This document shows positions 27,916 to 37,714 of a DNA stretch of 64,000 nt, in pieces. The notes under the pieces were generated by a model that was not told the DNA's origin, did not search any database, and saw only the letters and a list, made by a program, of their open reading frames with translations. Position numbers and translations under genes: made by a program. The stretch lies in IMG/VR virus record IMGVR_UViG_3300033144_007170, positions 29,557 to 93,556 of that record; one strand, written 5' to 3'. This DNA is from a virus. Within the stretch, counting starts at the first letter, position 1, and each line of letters begins with the position of its first letter.

Positions 27916-27921
27916 AAAAAA

Positions 27922-27950
27922 TATATAGCATAGGATTAACTATATGTCAA
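27922..27950 (-). promoter_or_regulatory. sigma70-like promoter
   Basis: TTGACA-17 nt-TATATA, TGn extension; spacer related to 9586-9614. Confidence 0.65.
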
Positions 27951-27955
27951 CATGT

Positions 27956-28648
27956 TTAAAGCAGAAAATTCCGTACCGGAATAATATTGCTTTGGGTAAT
28001 ATCAAAATCGCTACCCACTGTGACTATCCCTACGGGTTTAAAGTCTGAAGAATAAGAAGAAGGGATTCGTGCGGCATCATATTTAGGAACTGCAACTCCT
28101 TCTTCGATAGCTATTTCTGCGAGAGTTGTATCTATACCGATTAATACTTTTTTAAAGTACCCTTCGGTTAAAGAAATTGCAAAATTCCCATTCGGCCCGA
28201 AGTCCAAAAACAATTCCTTTTTGGTATATATAGTAGTTCCGGATATTAATTTTCCGCCGTATAGTCTGACTTTACTGCCGGAATACGCTTCAAGTCTAAA
28301 TGCAAATATAGAATCTTTAAGATTAGCGAATAAAGAAGAGAATCTGTTCAGATCGTCTGCGATTATCGGAGAACCTAAACCATAATACGATATGGTAATA
28401 TCTTCCCCCGCTTTGTTTAAATGAAAATAAACTATCGATAAATCATAATCGATATAGAATTCTGTTTCTGAAGTCGGAGCAGATGTGGATTCCGTATATC
28501 CAGGAATTGTAATATCGTAATCTTCGCTTGGTTTCTCTTTTAAAGTAATAGAGTAAGGCACACTGGTTTTGATCGTATGCTCCTCATTTGATATAGAAAC
28601 AGCGGAACTTCTTTGGGGGTATTTAATATCGCAAATTAAAGATGTCAT
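27956..28648 (-). CDS. virion structural protein, paralogue of 28693-29454
   Basis: shared PY...L.E.P...FY.DY..S..YF...AGE...I.YYG.GS...A.D.NRF. Confidence 0.65.
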   Translation of the reverse strand: MTSLICDIKYPQRSSAVSISNEEHTIKTSVPYSITLKEKPSEDYDITIPGYTESTSAPTSETEFYIDYDLSIVYFHLNKAGEDITISYYGLGSPIIADDLNRFSSLFANLKDSIFAFRLEAYSGSKVRLYGGKLISGTTIYTKKELFLDFGPNGNFAISLTEGYFKKVLIGIDTTLAEIAIEEGVAVPKYDAARIPSSYSSDFKPVGIVTVGSDFDITQSNIIPVRNFLL

Positions 28649-28692
28649 ATCTTATATACCAATTTGTTACCAATTTTATAAAATTAGTAGTA

Positions 28693-29454
28693 TTAATTGT
28701 GTATTATCGCTCTTACGTCCTCTATGTTTGAAGAAGATATAGTTTGTATGGTACCAGCTCCAGCATTTCCATCATCCTGCACAGATACAACGGCACACGG
28801 TTTGCAATTCGCCGGAACCGAAGGGATTGTTGCACCGGCTTTTGTTGAGGCTTCAGACCCCTCAGTAACTATCATATCTTCAGTTGAGGTATTCACTGAA
28901 ACTAATAATTTTCTCCAATAGAAAACAGTCATAGCAGATACTACATATTCTTGTCCTGCCCCGAATTTCATAATTTCATCAGGAATGAACACAAGTTCAG
29001 TTCCGGTATTTATATACCCGCCGGTTAGATTTACATTTGTATCTACAGGGTCGCTCGGTTCTATAAGAAAGGAAGTCAGATAATCTTTCACAGAACACAG
29101 AAAGTTTGCAAATCTATTCATATCCTCAGCAGCTACTACCGAACCCATGCCGTAATAATAAATAGTTACAAGCTCCCCTGCTTGGCCTGAATAGAAATAT
29201 ATAGTAGAATCTTCATAATCGACATAGAATTGATTATCGTTTGTAGGCATAACAAGGACTTCTGTGAAATCTGTAATGGTAATTCCGGCAGTTTCATACG
29301 GTCTTTCCTCAAGATTTACCACATAAGGATAGGCCGAACCAATTACTTTTAGTTCAGGGCTGATAAGTTCGTAGGTACTTCTCTTGTCGGTTTTTTCTGT
29401 ACCGACCGTCCATTTTATTGCTGTTATTTCAGATCCTAAATCATAAATCGGCAT
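28693..29454 (-). CDS. virion structural protein, paralogue of 27956-28648
   Basis: acidic beta-rich protein at end of tail module. Confidence 0.65.
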   Translation of the reverse strand: MPIYDLGSEITAIKWTVGTEKTDKRSTYELISPELKVIGSAYPYVVNLEERPYETAGITITDFTEVLVMPTNDNQFYVDYEDSTIYFYSGQAGELVTIYYYGMGSVVAAEDMNRFANFLCSVKDYLTSFLIEPSDPVDTNVNLTGGYINTGTELVFIPDEIMKFGAGQEYVVSAMTVFYWRKLLVSVNTSTEDMIVTEGSEASTKAGATIPSVPANCKPCAVVSVQDDGNAGAGTIQTISSSNIEDVRAIIHN

Positions 29455-29463
29455 GATGTTTTC

Positions 29464-29844
29464 CTATTTTACAGATATTTTATAAAACTGTTTTTTTCCT
29501 CTTTGTAGTAACAGCTCCCCATCAACTGCATCCCTCTTGGACACGGTATAGGCTATGTCAGTTATAAGTTTTTTGTTAATCCTTAGCCCCTTTTGTTTTA
29601 TAAGTTTTTTTGCTTCGTTTAAAGATTTGCATAATCCAGAATCTTTAAACATCTTACAGACCCAAACAGGAAGTTCGAGCTTATATTCTGCCGTTGGATC
29701 CTTGGTCTGTTCGGTCGATTCTTTACTGTTTTGAATTTTACGGAACTCAACTTTAGTTGTCAGCTCAGCTATTTTTAAATTAGCTTTCCTGTATTCCTTT
29801 TTCTCATCCTCAGTCAAAAAATTTATATCTAAAGTAACCTCCAT
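29464..29844 (-). CDS. stand-alone S4 RNA-binding domain resembling the TyrRS C-terminal domain
   Basis: GL..S..EAKKLIKQ.GLRIN...ITD....LLLQRGKKQF. Confidence 0.75.
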   Translation of the reverse strand: MEVTLDINFLTEDEKKEYRKANLKIAELTTKVEFRKIQNSKESTEQTKDPTAEYKLELPVWVCKMFKDSGLCKSLNEAKKLIKQKGLRINKKLITDIAYTVSKRDAVDGELLLQRGKKQFYKISVK

Positions 29845-29847
29845 GAT

Positions 29848-31770
29848 TTACCCCACTACGTAAAGCCGACAAATAAAATTGTTTGATTCATAATCATCCA
29901 TCGTGCCTTCAAAATATTGAGTGCCGTCGCCGTACACAACAGGAGCACCATAAAGAGCCTCTTGATAATCTCCGGTAACTATCAAGCGAAAGAATACGAG
30001 CCCACGAGTAAGGGAGCAGTCCCGGCAATCTACTGTTAACTCTATATCTAATTTAGAATCGCAGGGCATGTCTCCTAAATCTAAAGGAGTTGCATTTATG
30101 GTTTGTTCAGCCCCCCCGTCTATTGAACAAGTTAGCCAATCGCAAGTAACTACCTCGTACCCGCCGGAAAATTGAGTATTTACATACTCAGCTTTTATCT
30201 TAGCATTCTTTAAAGGCTTTTTTCCCACCTGCCCACGGGCCCACCATAACTCAAAATTATACACATTAGAAGTTCCTACTCTAAGATAATCTAAAAACAA
30301 AGTTCTTAGCGGCCAAGAGTATCCAGAAAGGAGTATTTCTATTTCGGAACTTGTTGCGGTGTAACTACTTCCTGTCTTTGTCTTAAAACTGAAAGTGTAT
30401 GGTTTTTTCGCTGCAATATCCGTATTTAGAAATCTATTTGGGTCCCACTCTGTATTAAAGCTCCAGCGAGCATAACTTAGGGCTTCTACTTCTGTATCAA
30501 GCCAATACTTAGAACGGATAGCTGATATTTCAATGCTTAGATCGTAATAAATATCAGCAGAAATTGCCTGAATATCCGTATTTAAATCATAAAAAGTATC
30601 CCCTCTTGCTCGGATATCCGTATTTAAGTCCGATACAATCTGAGCATTCGTTATTATTTCTGTGTTTAAATCGTAAAGGCTCGATTTCGATGCCTTTATT
30701 TCTGTGTTTAAATCGTAAAATACAAAATCAGAGTTCGCTGATATTTCTGTATTTAGATCTACATAAGATCTTGCTACGGCCTGAATATCAGTGTTTAAGT
30801 CTTCAAAAGAAATATTAAAAGCTGCCGCAATTTCGGTGTTTAAATCTAATATCGTTTGTACTGTTGTGGCGGATATTTCTGTTTCTAAATCAAAAAAGAT
30901 CTCATCACTTGCTTGTATATCCGTTATTAAATCTTGTAGTGATTCAGAACCGCCAGATATTTCAGTATTTAAGTCGCTAAACTCAGTAAACGGTCCGGGT
31001 GCGGCCTGCAATAAATAAACTGGCCTTGATACTTTTTGATATAAGCCATAGGGCAAATCATTAAATAATGCTACTTGATCTGCCGATGGAGCAAAATCAA
31101 AAATACTACTACACTTAATAGTTCCGTCAAAAAATCTACCATTAGCTAAAACATCTCTGCCAAATCGTAGAGGTTGGGCAGTTGCATATAAAATACTTAA
31201 TTCGATACTTTTCGTATCAGCCTCTTCACCATCTACATATATTTTTTGGTCTTTTAAGTCATAAGTCCCAAATAATGTATGATCTCTATGGGTACTTAAT
31301 GCAGATGTACCATGAACTTCATACCAAGTAACAGAATTCAAAAAATAAAAATAGGGAATAGCCTCTGTGCAACGTAAAAAAAATCCTCGAAATGGTTTAC
31401 TTACAATATGGACTTTATTAGCATCAGCGTCAGTCCAATTATTAGCGTTGAACTTAACAAAAACCCCAAGTTTGGCTGGCGTGTAATCAGTCCCAATTCC
31501 TATTTCTGAATATTGAGAAAAAGCATCGTCTAAAACAATTCCTTGATCATTAAAAACTGCCCCATTTTTAAGGCTTCCCGCCCGATGAGGATTAACTAAA
31601 TCACTAAATACATCTCCATATCTTTCCCACATTGGGGATGTGAAAATAAGTCTGTCAGAATCTATCCCATAAATCTGCTCACAGTTTTTCTGGACAGCAT
31701 ACTGAACATTGGCAGGAGACCCCCAACGAACAGGCGGGATATTATAACTATGTCTTAGAAATATTGCCAT
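29848..31770 (-). CDS. tail/fibre protein with LamG (ConA-like) domain and DLNTEI repeats
   Basis: H.LFGTYD....IYVDG...LRFGR...FFDGTI LamG motif; about a dozen 14-15-aa DLNT(E/D)IxA repeats. Confidence 0.72.
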   Translation of the reverse strand: MAIFLRHSYNIPPVRWGSPANVQYAVQKNCEQIYGIDSDRLIFTSPMWERYGDVFSDLVNPHRAGSLKNGAVFNDQGIVLDDAFSQYSEIGIGTDYTPAKLGVFVKFNANNWTDADANKVHIVSKPFRGFFLRCTEAIPYFYFLNSVTWYEVHGTSALSTHRDHTLFGTYDLKDQKIYVDGEEADTKSIELSILYATAQPLRFGRDVLANGRFFDGTIKCSSIFDFAPSADQVALFNDLPYGLYQKVSRPVYLLQAAPGPFTEFSDLNTEISGGSESLQDLITDIQASDEIFFDLETEISATTVQTILDLNTEIAAAFNISFEDLNTDIQAVARSYVDLNTEISANSDFVFYDLNTEIKASKSSLYDLNTEIITNAQIVSDLNTDIRARGDTFYDLNTDIQAISADIYYDLSIEISAIRSKYWLDTEVEALSYARWSFNTEWDPNRFLNTDIAAKKPYTFSFKTKTGSSYTATSSEIEILLSGYSWPLRTLFLDYLRVGTSNVYNFELWWARGQVGKKPLKNAKIKAEYVNTQFSGGYEVVTCDWLTCSIDGGAEQTINATPLDLGDMPCDSKLDIELTVDCRDCSLTRGLVFFRLIVTGDYQEALYGAPVVYGDGTQYFEGTMDDYESNNFICRLYVVG

Positions 31771-32415
31771 TTAGATTCCAGTACACAAAGTATATGCACA
31801 AAAAGTATAAACATCAGGACCATCTACATCGTTGTTGGCATTGTAGATAATTCTAATACGACTAATTGCTAAACAATCTATGGTGATTGCCCACTGAGCG
31901 ACTACCTCTAAATCCGGATCATCTATATCCATAATGTATGATGTAGTAATATCCTGTTCATTAGCAAGTCCATCAAGAATTGTAATAGTATCACCACCAT
32001 CACCTGAATTAGATACTTGAAAAACTACTTCTGAATCGGCCACAACAGTGTTTAAAATAAATTTAAACTTTCCATCGTTATCTATCCCTGCTGTTTCAGG
32101 ATTTGTACATGCAATAACAGTTTCCGCAGCAGGTTCCGTAGCATCAAAGGCAAGCGGTGTAACTGGTGTTCCTTGCGGGCCTACCAGCGGCATTTCTATA
32201 GTCCAGTCATCTTTAGCTGGCGAGGCTTTCCCTGTAGTCTGGATTATAATTTCTGGTTGACCGGTACTTGCAACTGCTTCTCCTAATACCGCCTTAATAT
32301 ATAGCTTGCATTGATACGCAGAACTTACATCAAGTTCGGCCCCTAACCTAACTGCCCCATTCGCAGTCAGTGCCCATTCATCGAGAGTTGTTTGATCCCC
32401 TTTTGTTAATGCCAT
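31771..32415 (-). CDS. virion structural protein
   Basis: acidic, Thr/Gly-rich 214 aa in tail module; SD AAGGAGG. Confidence 0.55.
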   Translation of the reverse strand: MALTKGDQTTLDEWALTANGAVRLGAELDVSSAYQCKLYIKAVLGEAVASTGQPEIIIQTTGKASPAKDDWTIEMPLVGPQGTPVTPLAFDATEPAAETVIACTNPETAGIDNDGKFKFILNTVVADSEVVFQVSNSGDGGDTITILDGLANEQDITTSYIMDIDDPDLEVVAQWAITIDCLAISRIRIIYNANNDVDGPDVYTFCAYTLCTGI

Positions 32416-32424
32416 ATTTCCTCC

Positions 32425-32709
32425 TTATATTACCAATTCTGCTTGAACATCTGTAACAGATATATCCATTTGTGGATGGTTTAAAATATCTTGTTCTGAT
32501 TTATAGGCATCTATACAATATTGCATTTGATCAATAAATCCAGCTTCAACACGTGAAGGAGGATCACCTGTTTTATAGTCCTCATTAAAGCTTTGAGAGA
32601 ATAATTCCTCAGCTTCATCAAAACCCTTTAGTTCCCATACTACAGAATACTGCCCTTTCATGACTTGATTAACTGATTGTTTTATTATTAATATAGATGT
32701 TAATGCCAT
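32425..32709 (-). CDS. hypothetical (tail module) protein
   Basis: 94-aa ORF with SD GAGGA. Confidence 0.55.
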   Translation of the reverse strand: MALTSILIIKQSVNQVMKGQYSVVWELKGFDEAEELFSQSFNEDYKTGDPPSRVEAGFIDQMQYCIDAYKSEQDILNHPQMDISVTDVQAELVI

Positions 32710-32726
32710 AGCATCCTCCTTATTTT

Positions 32727-33245
32727 CTAAACTGTTAAATCTACAATTCCAGGATTCCCAGCTCTGTCTTTAATGAAAACAGATACCGTAATCTCACTGT
32801 TTAAATCCCAAGCCGTACTTGGAATAAATCTAATTGCATATCTGTATGGAATCGTTATCGGTAAAAATGTTATTTCGGAACTTTCGGAATTATAGACCAC
32901 TGAGTTTACTGTTAATTCCAATGATGTTAAATCTATTCCAGAAATCAAATCCTCAACAACTACATAGATAGGCCCATAAATACTTATTCCCCCTTCTCCG
33001 TCTAATGGGTATGTTTCTGGAAGGATATGAGGGCCTACAGCATCCACAGGAAATTTAGCCGCTATAGAGGTATTCAAATCCGTATAATAGAATCCTGCGG
33101 CTATATCAGAGCTTAGATCATTATATTCTGTATGATAATACTGGGCGGCAATTTCAGAGGATAGGTCGGCGAGAGAAATGAACTCGTGTGCAGCAGAAAT
33201 CTCGGTATTTAAAGAAATTAATCGAATACATAATGCCACTATCAA
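32727..33245 (-). CDS. structural protein with DLNTEI repeats and Ig-like domain
   Basis: LNTEISA/DLSSEIAA/DLNTSIAA repeats; SGIDLTSLELTVN...DRAGN Ig-like pattern. Confidence 0.6.
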   Translation of the reverse strand: MIVALCIRLISLNTEISAAHEFISLADLSSEIAAQYYHTEYNDLSSDIAAGFYYTDLNTSIAAKFPVDAVGPHILPETYPLDGEGGISIYGPIYVVVEDLISGIDLTSLELTVNSVVYNSESSEITFLPITIPYRYAIRFIPSTAWDLNSEITVSVFIKDRAGNPGIVDLTV

Positions 33246-33571
33246 AGAATCTCCAGTAGAATTCCGGGGTTTCCAGAATCATCTCCGCAGTATAGTTCCA
33301 CATTTATTTCGGTGTCATACTCAAAAGCAGGGGGATTGAAATAAATGTGATGTTCCTGTGCCGATATAGTGGTAAAAGTAAGTCGGGAATTACCGTATTC
33401 GTACCAAACTCCTGCGTTAAATCTTACTTTAAATGTTGTATCGTCTATTCCGAAATTTGAGTCAGGGTTGTATAAACGAAATTTCATAGGTCGAGCTACC
33501 GGGACATTTTGTTCGTTCCGTCCCGGACTATGATCATGTCTTAATAATAGTGGATCAATAAAAACAGGCAT
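33242..33571 (-). CDS. Ig-like structural protein
   Basis: GID..TF.V...D.SGNPGI, similar to C-terminal domain of 32727-33245. Confidence 0.55.
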   Translation of the reverse strand: MPVFIDPLLLRHDHSPGRNEQNVPVARPMKFRLYNPDSNFGIDDTTFKVRFNAGVWYEYGNSRLTFTTISAQEHHIYFNPPAFEYDTEINVELYCGDDSGNPGILLEIL

Positions 33572-33833
33572 TTTTATTCTCCAGTAAAAACTTTAAATAT
33601 TTTTCGTTTGATATCAAGTAAAGCCTGGATACAGCGCATTATTTGATACCCAACTTCTATCAAGAGTTTTTCTTTAAGAGGGAAGGGCAATAATCTTCCT
33701 AATTTCAATTTTGCCGGGATATACATTTTTCCAAATCCACTATCTTTTTCTTTAGATCTTTAACTTCTTTTACTAATCCGAATACGATTCGTTTGTAGAA
33801 AGCATATTCTGTTTCCCTATATACCCCCATCCC

Positions 33834-34322
33834 TTATTCCTTTTTACGAGGTTGGCCACCAAACTTTGCCATAGCTCCCTGTACAATGCTTCCCATGTAC
33901 GGTGCTGCAAAATAAAAACCCAAAATGAGCATGACTGCCCCATTCATTTTTTCAGCAAAGACCCCGATGACTTGGGCAGATTCTAATAGAGGATTAACAT
34001 ATATGGCATTATCTCCAATTGTTTGCCTCATGGGTTCTACCCATATTCCGGCCACGCTTAAACCCATACAACTTAAATATTGCAATAGCCAAACCACCAC
34101 GATGCACAGAGCAATTAATCGCCTGGCAAGGTTTTGACCTTTCGTGCTATCCATCCATGCGATTATCATACTACGTGCAGCCGCACGATCTTTTGCCGCT
34201 GCCCCGGCTTTTTCCTCGTCCGTATAGATCAGGGCATCAATCCCTTTACTAACATTATCTATGACAGCCGTAATCGCTTTATCCGTACCAAATATTTTGC
34301 CTAATGTTGATCCTAAAAACAT
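33834..34322 (-). CDS. holin-like membrane protein (3TM/GTA type)
   Basis: IDALIYTDEEKA...ARR + TM helix...ILGFYF motif. Confidence 0.6.
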   Translation of the reverse strand: MFLGSTLGKIFGTDKAITAVIDNVSKGIDALIYTDEEKAGAAAKDRAAARSMIIAWMDSTKGQNLARRLIALCIVVVWLLQYLSCMGLSVAGIWVEPMRQTIGDNAIYVNPLLESAQVIGVFAEKMNGAVMLILGFYFAAPYMGSIVQGAMAKFGGQPRKKE

Positions 34323-34326
34323 ATTA

Positions 34327-35100
34327 TTAATACCCCAATATATTGAATTCTGAGCAGACCGCCCTTAATCCTCCATCTACTTCCGATATGGCCGTCAAGC
34401 TTATATATCTTACAGATTGTTCAGCAAACTCCACCAACTGTTCATCTCTGGTTTTCGATAGTTCCCCGAAGGCAAGTTCCGTCCAGCTTATTCCATCCAT
34501 ACTGCCAAAAATGGTAAATTCCTTGATGGTCCCGTTCCATTTTGCGTCTTGCCTTGCCAGATAATAAAATCCGGAAATACGATATATTTCCCCCAAATCA
34601 ATGTGAATTTCATGCGGATAATTCACATCCGTGCGCCAATATGTGTTTATGTTTCCGTCTATGGCCAGTCGGGCGAACTTTCCTTTTTCTGAATCCTCGC
34701 TACTTACATAAGTTATTTCCCAATTGTCTCTGGAAATCCTCATTGGGTCTTCTGTAGGTTCTTCTATTACCCCTCCACAAAATAAATAAATATTCTCAGG
34801 GGTTGGAACGCCTCTATAAAATGTAAGGCTTTTCGACCAATCACTCCATTCTCCTTCAGCATTACCTGCGGCGGCAGCAACGATATGCCTACCATCACTA
34901 AGATGATCTATATTGTAATATATCTGAACTTGGCCCCCAACATTTTCTATATCAGCAGACCGGACTTCCCCATTAAGATCTATCCTGTATTTAATTATAT
35001 CATTTGGTTGCGGATCGGCAGTTAAATGATCAGCGAAACTTATAGATGCTACCAATATCCCCATTACCACCATTAATGAAATAGAAATTTTTTTAAACAT
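34327..35100 (-). CDS. exported protein with Fn3-like and F5/8 type C (discoidin) domains
   Basis: signal peptide MFKKISISL..SFA; AIDGNINTYW, IDLGE, YLARQD, S.DG..W, RYI.L. Confidence 0.8.
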   Translation of the reverse strand: MFKKISISLMVVMGILVASISFADHLTADPQPNDIIKYRIDLNGEVRSADIENVGGQVQIYYNIDHLSDGRHIVAAAAGNAEGEWSDWSKSLTFYRGVPTPENIYLFCGGVIEEPTEDPMRISRDNWEITYVSSEDSEKGKFARLAIDGNINTYWRTDVNYPHEIHIDLGEIYRISGFYYLARQDAKWNGTIKEFTIFGSMDGISWTELAFGELSKTRDEQLVEFAEQSVRYISLTAISEVDGGLRAVCSEFNILGY

Positions 35101-35146
35101 TTTTATCTCCTTTTTATTTGAAAATAATGTAGTTTCCAAATTATTT

Positions 35147-35428
35147 TTAAGGTAAACTGTTTCCAAAAATAATCAGCTTCCAGAAAATAGCCATGAGTGA
35201 TGCTAAGCCTACTGTCGAGGCCGCCCGGACAATCCACTTCCAGTAATCCGTGTTTTTTTGATCTCGTTCACGCAGTGCTTTTTTGATTGCAATTATTGTT
35301 TCAACTTCTCCAAGTCTTTTATCGCAAACTGTAAATCTCTCATCAATCTTGCTGTAAACAGCAGCAAAGCCTTCATTCATATTTTTATTTAGGTCAGTTA
35401 TGGCCTCAAAGATTTTTACGGCTTCCAT
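35147..35428 (-). CDS. coiled-coil + single TM protein (XhlA/holin-like)
   Basis: coiled coil followed by WKWIVR and C-terminal TM helix. Confidence 0.5.
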   Translation of the reverse strand: MEAVKIFEAITDLNKNMNEGFAAVYSKIDERFTVCDKRLGEVETIIAIKKALRERDQKNTDYWKWIVRAASTVGLASLMAIFWKLIIFGNSLP

Positions 35429-35506
35429 TGTTAATCTCCATTCATTAAATTAATACTATGGGACTTTCTATCCCATTCGATATGTAGTTTTTGGACATCC
35501 TTCTTT

Positions 35507-36394
35507 TTATTCTAATTTATAGATTTTACCTGAAGTACTTACAGGAGCATAAAGAGCGCCATTGAAGACGGACAGTGTGTATATAAATGTTCCAGTTAAA
35601 GGCCCCGAAGCGGCCCAAGTAGTTCCATCTGAGCTTTTATATAAATCTCCGTCATTACCAGTACCTACATAAAGAACATTATTAAAAACTGCAAATGATC
35701 TTACCCAATCTCCAGAAGCGTCATAGACTTCTGCCCAATCTGTTCCATTTTGGGATCTTCGTATTTTATCGTCAATCCCTGCATAGATATAACCGTCGAA
35801 CTCCAATAGTGCCGTAACCGAATCTTCAGCAGAATCATCGACTTCCGCCCAATTCTTCCCGTTTGAACTTCTGAATATTTTACCAGATTCGCCAGTTCCG
35901 GCATAAATATAATTTCCGAAAGTCCCTAAAGAATAAACAATATTGGTTCCAGTATCTTCTACTTCGGCCCAGACGGTTCCATTAACGGTCCGATAAATTT
36001 TACCCTCGCCCCATCCAGTTCCGGCGTAAAGATACCCATCAAAAACACACAAACATCTTACGGAAGGTTGCGTTGTATCGTATACTTCAGCCCAATCTGT
36101 GCCGTTTAAGCTTCTATATATTTTACCGTCCTTACACCCATAATATAGATAACTCCCGAAAACAGCTAATGCCATAACATCCGCAGGTGTGCTTTCTACA
36201 TCTGTCCATGTATCTCCATCAGAGCTTCTATATATTTTATCGGCAGTTGCAGTTCCTGCGTATAAATATCCATCAAAAACAGCAGAGGCATAGATATAAG
36301 CTACGGCAAGATCTTCTACTTCCGTCCAAACATCAGGGGGAGCTTCTCCATTAGATTGTCCTATCATTAAGTGATATACTCGTTGAATGGTCAT
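35507..36394 (-). CDS. beta-propeller repeat protein (receptor-binding candidate)
   Basis: about seven ~40-aa repeats L.VF.GYLYAGT...GKIYRS.(D/N)GT.W.EV. Confidence 0.8.
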   Translation of the reverse strand: MTIQRVYHLMIGQSNGEAPPDVWTEVEDLAVAYIYASAVFDGYLYAGTATADKIYRSSDGDTWTDVESTPADVMALAVFGSYLYYGCKDGKIYRSLNGTDWAEVYDTTQPSVRCLCVFDGYLYAGTGWGEGKIYRTVNGTVWAEVEDTGTNIVYSLGTFGNYIYAGTGESGKIFRSSNGKNWAEVDDSAEDSVTALLEFDGYIYAGIDDKIRRSQNGTDWAEVYDASGDWVRSFAVFNNVLYVGTGNDGDLYKSSDGTTWAASGPLTGTFIYTLSVFNGALYAPVSTSGKIYKLE

Positions 36395-36849
36395 TATTTA
36401 CTATCCTCCCAAGATCTTCCACCATAAACAATAGTTCCATTGTCTCCGGACATAAATAAGGCGAAATCAGTACCCGCAGCAGTCCAAGAAGGCTCAGTTC
36501 CCCCAGGCCAATCCACAGAGGCGGGCCAGGAAAGGGTGTGAGCTCCGGCATTGATAAGTTTTAAAGTAAAAGAGGCCACTAAACCAGCATCAGGCCATCC
36601 AGTAAAAGCTACAGTAAAATCTCCCCCGACTGTAACTATATGATAAGTGCCTTGATTAAGTTTAAATTGTTCGGTGCCGGAAGATACTGTACCGTGGTCT
36701 TTTACCTTCTCAACAAAATCTTCTGTGGTTTCTATTCTCGTAAACTTACCCTTATTAGGTTTATCTTGTCCTATAGGGGTATCTTCTATTTCTCCGCCGT
36801 CTATATGAATAATCTGAGCTTTGGTCTCGGCTCTTTTTACGTGTATCAT
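36394..36849 (-). CDS. small tail-fibre-associated protein
   Basis: FT..P.....F.L.L...G.....WPASVDWPGGTEPSWTAAGTD...F...DNGT motif common in phage fibres. Confidence 0.7.
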   Translation of the reverse strand: MIHVKRAETKAQIIHIDGGEIEDTPIGQDKPNKGKFTRIETTEDFVEKVKDHGTVSSGTEQFKLNQGTYHIVTVGGDFTVAFTGWPDAGLVASFTLKLINAGAHTLSWPASVDWPGGTEPSWTAAGTDFALFMSGDNGTIVYGGRSWEDSK

Positions 36850-36853
36850 GATA

Positions 36854-37204
36854 TTACCTTTCAACCCCAACAGTAACTTCAATATCTACTCCAGCGCTTC
36901 CAGCAGAACCAGATAAAGTTACTTTAAGATATTCAGTAGCAACTCCGAATAGAATAAACTCATTCCTAATCAACGTGATGTCGTATTCCTCATCATGGAA
37001 CATTGCATCAGATTCAAATATTTCTTTACCATTTTGATTCCATCCTGTAACAGTAGCGGAACCGGGATTTGCAAATTCAGGAAGAGTAACCAGCATTTTG
37101 ATAACCTCCCCTCGAATATGTTTTGCGGGATCGAAATTTGAAGTTTTGCTGGTATCCCCTGATCCAAAACTAAAAGTATAGGCAGACTCCCGTATATCTT
37201 TCAT
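36854..37204 (-). CDS. structural protein
   Basis: 116-aa beta-rich ORF in tail module. Confidence 0.55.
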   Translation of the reverse strand: MKDIRESAYTFSFGSGDTSKTSNFDPAKHIRGEVIKMLVTLPEFANPGSATVTGWNQNGKEIFESDAMFHDEEYDITLIRNEFILFGVATEYLKVTLSGSAGSAGVDIEVTVGVER

Positions 37205-37207
37205 AAT

Positions 37208-37618
37208 TTACTCCTTTCTTTTTAATCCAGGCAGCCATCCAGATGTAGTACCACCTCGGTATTCTTTTCCTTTTTGCAAAACTCTGACTGTAATATCGCC
37301 GATTCTGTATCTGTTCACAGATTTTCGCTGTAAAATAGTTATCCGATAAGAAACAATTTTATTCCCGATTCTTCCCATTAAATACACATTTTCGATAAGT
37401 GCATTCCGTCCCATAGGTATAACAGCTTCGATCATATGGAGATATTCTTCGTATCCAGATAATTTTATGGAATCGTTTGCTTGAGGAAGTAAATATTCAA
37501 GAGCTTTGATAGGTTTATTAGGAAGGGATGTCCAAAGAGAATCCTTTGACCCTAAAGGGTTCCCTTGAACAGTTTCATCATTTTCGTAGTGCGCTATAAA
37601 GCTTAATTTTTTAATCAT
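37208..37618 (-). CDS. hypothetical protein
   Basis: 136-aa ORF with SD AAGGAG. Confidence 0.55.
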   Translation of the reverse strand: MIKKLSFIAHYENDETVQGNPLGSKDSLWTSLPNKPIKALEYLLPQANDSIKLSGYEEYLHMIEAVIPMGRNALIENVYLMGRIGNKIVSYRITILQRKSVNRYRIGDITVRVLQKGKEYRGGTTSGWLPGLKRKE

Positions 37619-37714
37619 TCTACTCCTTTATTATCTTTTTTGATTTTTAGCAAGGAGTTAAAAATTGAACACGAGTTCAATTATCGCATAATACACCATA
37701 AGTATCTGGAATTA

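Noticed and set aside
30410-30980. CRISPR-like periodic repeats
   Set aside because: Repeats are degenerate, in frame and protein-coding; no cas genes
35507-36394. DGR template/variable repeat
   Set aside because: Repeats are propeller blades; no reverse transcriptase and no adenine-specific near-identical pair seen
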